Shown here in pieces: positions 7,944 through 16,146 of a stretch of DNA of 36,460 nt. This stretch comes from Demequina sp. (GTDB lineage Bacteria; Actinomycetota; Actinomycetes; Actinomycetales; Demequinaceae). Under the pieces are notes generated by a model. That model saw only the letters and a list, made by a program, of their open reading frames with translations, was not told the DNA's origin and ran no database searches. A program made the position numbers and the translations under genes. The stretch's first letter is position 1; each line of letters starts with the position of its first letter. The stretch is taken from NCBI GenBank assembly GCA_043733605.1, contig JAYTGI010000105.1, positions 1 to 36,460 on the forward strand, read 5' to 3'.

Positions 7944-8852
7944 GTGACCGACCAGAGCCCGCAAGAGATCAGGGACTACTGCCGCGCCTGGAGTCAGCGC
8001 GCAGCCGCCCAGCACCGCGCGGAGTTGGCACGAGGCGGCGTTCCCAGGCCACACCAAGGCTCACCGCTCACCACCATTTGTGACGACCTTGAAACGGCCG
8101 ATTACGAGCACCTCAGCGCGGTTGTGGCGGGAATGACCGTCTGTTTGGTCCGACCCGGCGGGATCTTCGCGGGATATGGTCGCGACTACCGCGTCGTGTG
8201 GGCGTGGTGCGCGGAGATTCTTGTGGGTTCCGGCAAGGGAGCGTGGTTTCAGCGCGAGCCCACGCTGGACAGGCTCTTCACGGTGGCGAGTCACGCAGTC
8301 CTCGCGGGGGAAATGCCTGCGCAGATTCATGGAGTCAACCGGCACGCGCGCGAGCTAGTGGACGCCCAGGGATTCGTGCTCGCTTACCTGGCCTTCCCCC
8401 TCCTGGAACAGGCGCTCAGGTCATCGTGCTCTCGGCATTTTGGCGCCGATGGTCGGATCACTCACACCTTCGACACGCCGGGGCAATTGACCAGGAAGCA
8501 CCTGTACGCGGTCGGGGGAACGTGCAGCAGCATCGGCGACCTGCTGTGGCTCTATCGGCAGCACTATGCGTCGGTGGAGATGGGCGCCAACCTCGACTCG
8601 ATCGACGCACACATCGCGGCAACGGTCCCTGGCGCAGAGTTGGGGTTTCGGGTCATCCATCAATGGCGTAACGAGACGATGTACGGCACCGCTGTGCTTC
8701 CCATCATTGGGGCCGCCGTGTTTAGCGTCGCGGTTCTGGTTGCGCTCGCCGGGCGTGAACACGATTTTGGAGTTGCCGTCGCGCAGACACTCACGTCCGC
8801 ATCTGGCGCCGACCGTGTGGCGGGGTTCTATCCCGTCGAGGGTGAGCGCTAG
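7944..8852 (+). CDS. Hypothetical protein with HEPN-like motifs (ExxLR ... RNxxxY-G)
   Basis: About 302-aa ORF; TAGCGT -10 box (7931-7936) 7 nt before GTG 7944 suggests a leaderless start (ORF track starts 7935). LAFPLLEQALR and WRNETMYG resemble HEPN motifs. Function call is tentative. Confidence 0.65.
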   Translation: MTDQSPQEIRDYCRAWSQRAAAQHRAELARGGVPRPHQGSPLTTICDDLETADYEHLSAVVAGMTVCLVRPGGIFAGYGRDYRVVWAWCAEILVGSGKGAWFQREPTLDRLFTVASHAVLAGEMPAQIHGVNRHARELVDAQGFVLAYLAFPLLEQALRSSCSRHFGADGRITHTFDTPGQLTRKHLYAVGGTCSSIGDLLWLYRQHYASVEMGANLDSIDAHIAATVPGAELGFRVIHQWRNETMYGTAVLPIIGAAVFSVAVLVALAGREHDFGVAVAQTLTSASGADRVAGFYPVEGER

Positions 8853-9562
8853 CCGCGAATCCCTGAGTAAATCGTCGCCGTTGCATCCCTGCCCTGAAGC
8901 GGATTGTCAAACGTCACGACCTGGGCTTCGACATCGGCGAAGACCTGGTTGAGAACCTTCAGGTACGCGGGCTCTGGAGGGTCGTTTGACCACATCGCGT
9001 ACACGCCGCCTTGCCTGAGGTGCGTCGCTAAGGAGCGCATGCCCTCGACACCATAGAACGAGGCGCTGCCGTCGTCGAGCACGTGAACGGGGGAGTGGTC
9101 GATGTCCAGGAGCACTGCGTCAAAGAGTCGCCCGGGTTGGTCGGGGTCGAAGCCCTCGCCCTTCGCCATCGCGAAGAAGTCGCCTTGCTCGAGGCGGCAC
9201 CTGGAATCCGCCGTGAGCGTCGGCCCGAGTGGGACCATCCCGCGCTCGTGCCAGTCTATGACGGGATCGAGTAGCTCGACGACGATCAATTCGCGCACGC
9301 GGGAGTCCTCAAGAGCTGTCGCCGCGGTGTAGCCGAGTCCAAGACCTCCCACCACGACGTCGAATCCAAAACCTCTCAAGCGAGCGAGCCCCATGCGCGC
9401 CAACTCGACCTCGGCAACCGTGAACATGCTCGACATGAGCCACTCGTCGCCCAGTTTGACCTCGAAGATGTCGACGCCCGTGGCTGGGTCGGTGCGCCTG
9501 CGCAAGGCGAGGTCGCCAATCGCGGTGCGGCTGAAGTCGAGTTCTTCGAACTTCGCGCTCAT
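8849..9562 (-). CDS. Spermidine-synthase-like class I SAM-dependent methyltransferase
   Basis: VVVGGLGLGYTA SAM motif, VVELL, GDFF, FDAVLLDIDHSP, LMSSMFT. ATG 9562 (MSAKFEEL) preferred over 9604. Confidence 0.88.
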   Translation of the reverse strand: MSAKFEELDFSRTAIGDLALRRRTDPATGVDIFEVKLGDEWLMSSMFTVAEVELARMGLARLRGFGFDVVVGGLGLGYTAATALEDSRVRELIVVELLDPVIDWHERGMVPLGPTLTADSRCRLEQGDFFAMAKGEGFDPDQPGRLFDAVLLDIDHSPVHVLDDGSASFYGVEGMRSLATHLRQGGVYAMWSNDPPEPAYLKVLNQVFADVEAQVVTFDNPLQGRDATATIYSGIRG

Positions 9563-9605
9563 GAGACCGTTCCCTTCCGTGCCGGTGTGAATCGATGCTG
9601 TCACC

Positions 9606-10091
9606 CTATCCGGCGGACGGTGTCGCGAGGCGCGAAAGAATGCGGTTCAGGTCTTCCGGGCTCACCCCCGCACGGCGGCCAAGCTCGCGATCAATTGACG
9701 CGAGCCGTGCCGAGATCGCGCGGAACTCACGTAGACCTGACGCGGTCAGTCGCACGATGACGGAGCGGCTATCGAATGGGTTGTCTGATCGGTGAACGAG
9801 TCCCTTTCGGGTCATCCTTTGAAGCATCTGAGTAACCGCGGGCGCCGTCATTCCGGACCGTGCGGCCAATTCGGTCATGGGGACTCCAGGGTCGCTCGCG
9901 GCGAAGTGTCGGGCGAGCCGCGCCTGTGCGACCGTCATATGGGCGTCTCCCGTTCGCGCCTCGACTTCGGCCGAGATCGCGCGTGCCGCGTCGAGGAGCC
10001 CGCACACCAGGCCGCCTGCGTTCATAAGGTTGTTGTCGTCGCCTTCCACTGGGGTGAGCGCGGAATGTACGGAATGCTGCAGGGAGCTCAT
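9606..10091 (-). CDS. MarR family transcriptional regulator
   Basis: MTELAARSGMTAPAVTQMLQRMTRKGLVHR helix-turn-helix and DSRSVIVRLTASG wing. Start uncertain. Confidence 0.85.
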   Translation of the reverse strand: MSSLQHSVHSALTPVEGDDNNLMNAGGLVCGLLDAARAISAEVEARTGDAHMTVAQARLARHFAASDPGVPMTELAARSGMTAPAVTQMLQRMTRKGLVHRSDNPFDSRSVIVRLTASGLREFRAISARLASIDRELGRRAGVSPEDLNRILSRLATPSAG

Positions 10092-10197
10092 GGACTGCAG
10101 GGAGCTCCCCGTGGGCCCCGTGCCCGTCGTCGTTCCGGTCCCGAACGCGTCGCGCCAGGGTCGCGCTGAGGACTCCGGGGAGGAGTTGTCTTTCCGA

Positions 10198-10218
10198 TCA
10201 TTGTTAACACGTTAATGA
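10198..10218. promoter_or_regulatory. AT-rich palindrome (TTAAC-AC-GTTAA), candidate MarR operator overlapping a minus-strand -10 (TAACGT)
   Basis: Inverted repeat at 10204-10215 in an AT-rich patch upstream of the MarR gene; MarR proteins commonly bind such palindromes. Confidence 0.55.
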
Positions 10219-10319
10219 ATCCCTCAGACAAGCGCCAGGCGGAGGTGGTGATGCCGGGCGCGGCGGGCGCACGGGAACAGACGTGAGGGGGCACCGTGGC
10301 GCCCGCCTATTCTGCATGG

Positions 10320-11663
10320 GTGACATACCCAGAGGCCCCGCCGGTCAAGCATCGGCGCCTGGTCGACCTCGCCCCGCTGCGCACCAACCCCGTATTCGCG
10401 CGGCTGTGGATCGGTAGCCTGATCGCAGGTATCGGCGCATGGATGTCAGTCGTGGCCGTGGGCCTGCAGATCTACGCGATGACGGCGTCGACCTTTGCGG
10501 TGGGTCTTGTGGGCGGGATATCCCTGCTGCCGATGATCGTCGCGGGCCTCTGGGGCGGAATGATCGCGGACGTCTTTGATCGTCGTCGCGTGCTAATTGT
10601 CAGCTCGCTCGTCGGATGGGTAGGGACCCTCGCACTCGTTGCACTCTCCGCGTGGGATGCGATCCTCACGCGCAACGATGGCCACGCGCCATTGTGGCCT
10701 TTCTATGCGGTGACGACCGTCATCGCCGTCGCCGCCACTATTCGCTCTGCGACGTTCGGCGCGGTGGTGGGGCGCATCGTGCCTCCCGACATGATCACCC
10801 GAGCGACCGCCCTCAACGGCATTTCTTTCGGCGCGATGCTCACGATCGGCCCGGCCGTAGCGGGGTTGCTCGCCGCGTCGGTCGGTCTGCCGTGGACGTT
10901 CGCGGCCGATGCGGTGCTGTTCACCGCTGGATTCCTGGGCATTTGGTTGCTTCCCGCCTTGCCAAGGTTGGGGGAGCGCGTCGAGGCTGGGTGGGGAGCG
11001 CTGTCCGAGGGGATCCGGTTCTTGGGTACTGCGCCAAACATCCGCATGAGTTTCATCGTCGACATCATCGCCATGACATTCGGGCGGCCGTACGCCCTCT
11101 TCCCTGCGCTGGGAGCGACGGTGGTTGGAGGTGGCCCGCTGACGGTGGGCGTCCTCACGGCCGCGGGCGCGGCGGGCACGATCCTCACCAGCCTTTTTTC
11201 GGGACCGGTCGCGCGCGTGCATCGCCACGGCCTCGCGATTGCCAGGGCGATTTCGGTGTTTGGCGGCTTTGTGGTGCTGTTCGGCGTGGTGACTCTCGTC
11301 TTAGGTGTGAGCGATCATGTGGCCGCTCCCGGGTGGAGTGGCATTCATTGGCCCGCGTTGATACTGCTGGGACTCGCGCTGGCGGGCATGGGCGCGTCGG
11401 ATGAGGTCAGCGCGATCTTCCGGCAGTCCATGCTCATCCAGGCGGCGCCCGACGAGATGCGCGGGCGGCTGCAGGGCGTGTTCATCGTGGTGGTGACGGG
11501 TGGCCCGCGCATCGGCGACATGTATGTGGGGATCTTCGCTCTCGCTGCGGCCGCATGGTGCCCCCCGCTGTTCGGAGGCCTCATGATCATTGGCCTGATC
11601 GCTCTGCTCACCCGCGTACAGGGGTCGTTCAGGCGCTATGACGCGCGCAATCCGACGCCTTAG
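10320..11663 (+). CDS. MFS transporter, MFS_3/EntS-like
   Basis: DLAPLR..FARLW, GGMIADVFDRRRVL, APDEMRGRLQGVF..VV.GGPRIGD motifs. TATTCT -10 lies 6 nt before GTG 10320 (ORF track starts 10296). Confidence 0.9.
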   Translation: MTYPEAPPVKHRRLVDLAPLRTNPVFARLWIGSLIAGIGAWMSVVAVGLQIYAMTASTFAVGLVGGISLLPMIVAGLWGGMIADVFDRRRVLIVSSLVGWVGTLALVALSAWDAILTRNDGHAPLWPFYAVTTVIAVAATIRSATFGAVVGRIVPPDMITRATALNGISFGAMLTIGPAVAGLLAASVGLPWTFAADAVLFTAGFLGIWLLPALPRLGERVEAGWGALSEGIRFLGTAPNIRMSFIVDIIAMTFGRPYALFPALGATVVGGGPLTVGVLTAAGAAGTILTSLFSGPVARVHRHGLAIARAISVFGGFVVLFGVVTLVLGVSDHVAAPGWSGIHWPALILLGLALAGMGASDEVSAIFRQSMLIQAAPDEMRGRLQGVFIVVVTGGPRIGDMYVGIFALAAAAWCPPLFGGLMIIGLIALLTRVQGSFRRYDARNPTP

Positions 11664-11687
11664 CGGCCGGCTATGCGGCGCCCACAC

Positions 11688-13472
11688 CTACTTCGACGCG
11701 TCAGGCGTCGCCGACTGAGCAGTCATGCGCCGCAGCACGGCGTCGCGGCGCAACCAGCCGACCACGGCACCCTCGCCGTCGAGCACAGGGATTCCGTCGT
11801 AGACCTCCTCCCCAAGCAGCACGGGAAGCACCGACTCGATCGGATCGTCGGGGCCCACGTATTCGCGCCACTCAATCAATTGCGAAACGGTGACGGTATC
11901 TGCGTCGTCGTCCCCCATCGCCGCGGCCGCGCCCACCGCGGTGATGACGCCCACGTAGTCACCGTGCTCCGTGAGCACCGGCAGCCCTGGTCGACGCGAC
12001 GCCCGAAGTGCGCGCAACGCTTCCTGCAATGACAAGCGCGTGCCGACGGACTTGGGTGCAGGGAGCATGAAGTCGCGAACGGTGAGCCCCGCCAGTTCGG
12101 GCCGGGGCGGGCGCGCCGAAAGGTCGACACCGCGTCGCATGAGCTTGGCCGTGTACACCGACTCCTTGGACAGGTTTGTAGAGAGCATCGTCGAGATCAC
12201 GACGGCGAGGAGCAGCGGCAGGATGATCGAATACTCGCCGGTGAGCTCGAACAGGATGATGACTGCGGTAATCGGGGCGCGAGAGGCACCAGCGAATACG
12301 GCGCCCATCCCGACAAGGGCGTACGCGCCCGGATCGATGCCAATGTCAGGGAATGCGTGTCGAGCCACCTGGCCAAAGCCCGCGCCGAGCATCGCACCCA
12401 GGAACAGCGACGGCGCGAACACTCCTCCCGATCCGCCGATCGCGATCGTGAGCGAGGTGGCAATCATCTTGGCTACGAGCAAGAGGGCGAGGAAGCCGAC
12501 GAGGTACTTACCCATGACCGCCTGCTCGAGCACTGGGTAGCCGACGCCGTACATCTGGGGCAGCGCGAGTAGCAGCACGCCCAGAAGCAGGCCGCCCACA
12601 GCAGGGCGAAGCCATTCGGGGCCCTTCCACAGGCGGTCTGCCACGTCCTCGAAGCCGTAGAGCACCTTGATGAATGCCGTGGCGACCACCGCGGCGAGCA
12701 GGCCGAGCACCGCGTAGAGCGCGTACTCGCCCAACGAGTGGACGGTGAACTCGGGCAAGCTGAGGAACGCACCGTCCCCAAACGCGGCGCGCCCGATGAC
12801 GGAGGCGGTCACCGCGGCGAGCACGACCGCCGCAAAGGCGCGGGCGACGAAGTTGGCAAGCAGCAATTCGAGGGCGAAGAACACTCCCGCAATGGGCGCG
12901 TTGAACGTGGCAGCGATGCCGCCCGCGGCGCCGCACGCCACCAAGAGGCGGACCTGAGACTCGTTGAGTTTGGTCCATCGCGCGATCGTCGAGCCGATGG
13001 CCGACCCGATCTGGACGATCGGCCCCTCGCGGCCGACGGATCCTCCCGAACCGATCGTGATGGCGGAGGCGAGCGCCTTGATGAGCGCCACCTTGGCGGG
13101 GATTCGTCCGGCGCGCTTGTTGATCGCGTACATGACCTCGGGGACGTCGTGACCGCGGGCCTCGCGGGCGAAGTGGTGCACCAGCGGCCCGTAGATGAGA
13201 CCGCCGATGACAGGCACGATCACCACAAAGAAGGGGCCGAGCCACGGGAGCCATGGATGCGCGGCGCGGCCGGCGTCGGAGTAGTCTGCGGTGCCCGTGA
13301 AGAGGTGCGTTGCGGCGGTGATGAGCCAGCGGAAAGCGACGGCGCCGACGCCCGCCAAGGCGCCTACGGCGATCGCAAGGACGATCAGGGCCGAGTTCTC
13401 GGAGCGGCGAAGCCATGCGAGCAGGCGTCGACGGAGGGTCATCTTGGTGCGTAGAGTCACGGGGTTCCTCAA
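11688..13472 (-). CDS. ClC-family chloride channel / Cl-:H+ antiporter with C-terminal CBS domains
   Basis: GGSVGREGPIVQIG, AATFNAP, GGVFAPSL, SVYT motifs; CBS pair at the C-terminus; first filter motif reads GHDVPE. Start could be 13460 or 13442. Confidence 0.93.
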   Translation of the reverse strand: MRNPVTLRTKMTLRRRLLAWLRRSENSALIVLAIAVGALAGVGAVAFRWLITAATHLFTGTADYSDAGRAAHPWLPWLGPFFVVIVPVIGGLIYGPLVHHFAREARGHDVPEVMYAINKRAGRIPAKVALIKALASAITIGSGGSVGREGPIVQIGSAIGSTIARWTKLNESQVRLLVACGAAGGIAATFNAPIAGVFFALELLLANFVARAFAAVVLAAVTASVIGRAAFGDGAFLSLPEFTVHSLGEYALYAVLGLLAAVVATAFIKVLYGFEDVADRLWKGPEWLRPAVGGLLLGVLLLALPQMYGVGYPVLEQAVMGKYLVGFLALLLVAKMIATSLTIAIGGSGGVFAPSLFLGAMLGAGFGQVARHAFPDIGIDPGAYALVGMGAVFAGASRAPITAVIILFELTGEYSIILPLLLAVVISTMLSTNLSKESVYTAKLMRRGVDLSARPPRPELAGLTVRDFMLPAPKSVGTRLSLQEALRALRASRRPGLPVLTEHGDYVGVITAVGAAAAMGDDDADTVTVSQLIEWREYVGPDDPIESVLPVLLGEEVYDGIPVLDGEGAVVGWLRRDAVLRRMTAQSATPDASK

Positions 13473-13474
13473 AC

Positions 13475-13507
13475 GTTGTATGACGACAACAGTTGTAGAA
13501 TAGCAGG
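13475..13507. promoter_or_regulatory. Candidate MarR operator GTTGT-N6-ACAAC plus a second half site overlapping -10 TAGAAT
   Basis: Inverted repeat at 13475-13490, a further GTTGT at 13492-13496, TAGAAT at 13496-13501, all in the short gap between the divergent clc and marR genes. Confidence 0.6.
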
Positions 13508-13528
13508 CGATCTGGTTACCTTGGTGGT

Positions 13529-14038
13529 GTGTCTAGTGACCAAGCGAATCGAGCGCCCGCCTCCACAGCGGGTGGACGCCGCACGAATGATGAAGCGGCG
13601 ATGGCGACCCTGGTCGCCTCCCGATCCCTCCTGGGCTTTGTCGCGAAGTCGCTCGCGCCCGCGCTCGAAGAGATGACGATGCCCCAATTCAGGGTCCTCG
13701 TGGTGCTCGACGGCCAGGGGGCGTCGCGCATGGGCGACCTCGCCGAGCGCGTCGGCGTGCACCCCTCAACCCTTAGCCGCACTGTCGACAGGCTCGTGAG
13801 CGCCGGATGGCTCGAACGCGCGAGCGGCCAAGAGAGCCGACGAGAGGTGCATGTTGCGCTAACGGCACGCGCCCAACACCTGGTCAACGAGGTAACGGCG
13901 CAGAGGCGATCGGGGATTGCAGGTGTCCTGGAAAAGCTTTCTCCCAAGGATCGCGCCGCGGTCCACAGCGGCATGGAGATCTTCGCCGCCGCCGCGGGAG
14001 AGGCCTCACCAGGAGACCTTCTGGAGCTCGGTCTCTAG
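13529..14038 (+). CDS. MarR family transcriptional regulator
   Basis: MTMPQFRVLVVL, MGDLAERVGVHPSTLSRTVDRLVSAGWLER, SRREVHVALT motifs. Confidence 0.92.
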   Translation: MSSDQANRAPASTAGGRRTNDEAAMATLVASRSLLGFVAKSLAPALEEMTMPQFRVLVVLDGQGASRMGDLAERVGVHPSTLSRTVDRLVSAGWLERASGQESRREVHVALTARAQHLVNEVTAQRRSGIAGVLEKLSPKDRAAVHSGMEIFAAAAGEASPGDLLELGL

Positions 14039-14130
14039 TCGCTCCAAGTGGCGCTGGCGCCCGGCGACTCAACGGGACTGCGGGTGGCATGCGCGCGGGC
14101 GGTGTCACCCACCTCGCTTAGGCTGAGCGC

Positions 14131-16044
14131 ATGTCCCACCCGCCCACGGGCTCTCGTCGCGCGGCCACGGGAGGTGGCATGCCTGGTCGCGGTCTGACCG
14201 GCCGCGCCGACCCCGACGTGTTGCGCGCCGAAAACGCTGCAGCTCCACACGTGCCCGACCTGTGGAAGCGCGTCGGTGCGATGTTTATCCCTTACCAGAA
14301 ACACCTCGTGCTTACGGCGGTGCTGGTACTCGTAACGTCGGCGGCGAGCGTCGTGCCTCCTCTGCTCGTGCAGCAAATCTTCGACCGCGCACTCTTCCCC
14401 ACGGACGGCTCGGGAGGGACTTTGCCGCCACACCTGGGCCTGTTGACCGGCTTGGTTTCCCTCATGATCGGCATCTTTGTCGCATCGGCTGGGCTGAGCG
14501 TGTGGCAAACCTGGGTGACGTCGACCGTGGGCAACAGGGTGACAGGAGACCTGCGCGTCACGCTGTTCGACAAGCTGCAACGCATGGACCTCGCGTTCTT
14601 CACGCGCACCAAGACGGGGGTCATCCAGTCCAGGCTCCAGAACGACGTGGGGGGCGTCGCAGGCGTGCTCACCACATTCGTGTCGAGCATCGTGGGCAAT
14701 ACCGCGACCGTCATCGCCTCGCTCGTCGCGATGATCGTGCTCGACTGGCGCCTCACTCTCCTGGCCGTCGTGCTGATGCCCGCGCTCGTCGTGGCTCAGC
14801 GGCGCGTCGGCTTGGTGCGTCAGCGCATCGCGGCCAAGACTCAAGAGTCGCTGTCCGAGATGACGTCGATCACTCAAGAGACGCTGTCGGTGAGCGGCAT
14901 CCTGCTGAGCAAGGTCTACAACAGGCGCGGCTTTGAGTCGGAGCGCTATGCGGGGGAGAACAGGACCCTGATCCGCCTCCAGATCCAGCAAGCGATGAGC
15001 GGGCAGTGGTTCTTCGGGCTTGTCATCGTGATCATGTCTTCGGTACCCGCGATCATCTACCTGGCCGCGGGCTGGCTCTTGTCGCGAGGAGGTGAGGCGG
15101 GTGGCGGCGCGATCACCGCGGGCACCATCGTCGCCTTCACGACGATTCAGGCGCGCTTGCTGTTTCCGCTCATGTCGCTCATGCGTGTCGCGCTCGAGGT
15201 GCAGACGTCGCGAGCGCTGTTTGCCCGCATCTTCGAGTACCTGGACCTTGTCCCCGCGATTTCCGATTCCCCAGATGCGCGCCCTGCGTCGGAGGCTCCT
15301 GGCCCCGTGGGGGCCATCGAGTTTCGCGACGTGACCTTTCGCTACCCCGACGCGTCCGAGGACACGCGGGCCACGCTCGACGGTGTCTCCTTTGCCGCAA
15401 AGCCGGGGGAGAAGCACGCGTTCGTGGGCCCCTCAGGTGCGGGAAAGACCACGATCGTGTACCTGGCGGCGCGGCTCCACGAGGCCTCGGGAGGCAGCGT
15501 TGTCTTCGCGGGGACCGACGTGCGCGAGTTGACCCAGGACTCTGTCGTCGATCAGGTGGGCGTAGTGACCCAAGAGACGTACCTGTTCCACGCCACCATC
15601 GCCGAGAACCTGCGTTACGCACGGCCGGACGCGACTCATGAGGAGTTGGTCGCGGCATGCAGGGCCGCGAACATTCACGACACGATCGAGAGCTTCGAGC
15701 ACGGCTACGACACCGCCGTGGGTGAGCGCGGCTATCGACTCTCGGGTGGCGAAAAGCAGCGGATCGCCATCGCAAGGGTGCTGCTGAAGGACCCTCCCAT
15801 CTTGTTGCTCGACGAGGCGACGAGCGCGCTCGATACCGTGAGCGAACGCGTGGTCCAAGCGGCGCTCGATCAGGCCGCGCGTGGCCGCACCACGCTCGTC
15901 GTGGCCCACCGCCTTTCCACGATCGCCGATGCGGACGTGATCCACGTTGTTGAGGCAGGGCGCATCGTCGAATCCGGTACTCACGCCAAACTCCTGGCCG
16001 CCGGCGGGCTCTATGCGCGCCTGGCCGCAAAGGAACTCGACTAG
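14131..16044 (+). CDS. Fused permease/ATP-binding ABC exporter (MdlB-like)
   Basis: N-terminal TM domain; Walker A GPSGAGKT, signature LSGGEKQR, Walker B LLLDEATSALD, H-loop VAHRLST. TAGGCT -10 lies 6 nt before the ATG. Confidence 0.95.
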   Translation: MSHPPTGSRRAATGGGMPGRGLTGRADPDVLRAENAAAPHVPDLWKRVGAMFIPYQKHLVLTAVLVLVTSAASVVPPLLVQQIFDRALFPTDGSGGTLPPHLGLLTGLVSLMIGIFVASAGLSVWQTWVTSTVGNRVTGDLRVTLFDKLQRMDLAFFTRTKTGVIQSRLQNDVGGVAGVLTTFVSSIVGNTATVIASLVAMIVLDWRLTLLAVVLMPALVVAQRRVGLVRQRIAAKTQESLSEMTSITQETLSVSGILLSKVYNRRGFESERYAGENRTLIRLQIQQAMSGQWFFGLVIVIMSSVPAIIYLAAGWLLSRGGEAGGGAITAGTIVAFTTIQARLLFPLMSLMRVALEVQTSRALFARIFEYLDLVPAISDSPDARPASEAPGPVGAIEFRDVTFRYPDASEDTRATLDGVSFAAKPGEKHAFVGPSGAGKTTIVYLAARLHEASGGSVVFAGTDVRELTQDSVVDQVGVVTQETYLFHATIAENLRYARPDATHEELVAACRAANIHDTIESFEHGYDTAVGERGYRLSGGEKQRIAIARVLLKDPPILLLDEATSALDTVSERVVQAALDQAARGRTTLVVAHRLSTIADADVIHVVEAGRIVESGTHAKLLAAGGLYARLAAKELD

Positions 16045-16146
16045 CTTTCGCACATGGTTGCGCGATGTGAGGCCGAACGAAAATCCGAAATCCACAAAAT
16101 GGCTACATCCCCGTTCTGGGGTGAAGGCGACCGCTAAGGTCATTGC

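Noticed and set aside
8849-8852. Convergent genes sharing CTAG as both stop codons
   Set aside because: Ordinary compact gene packing with no sign of function.
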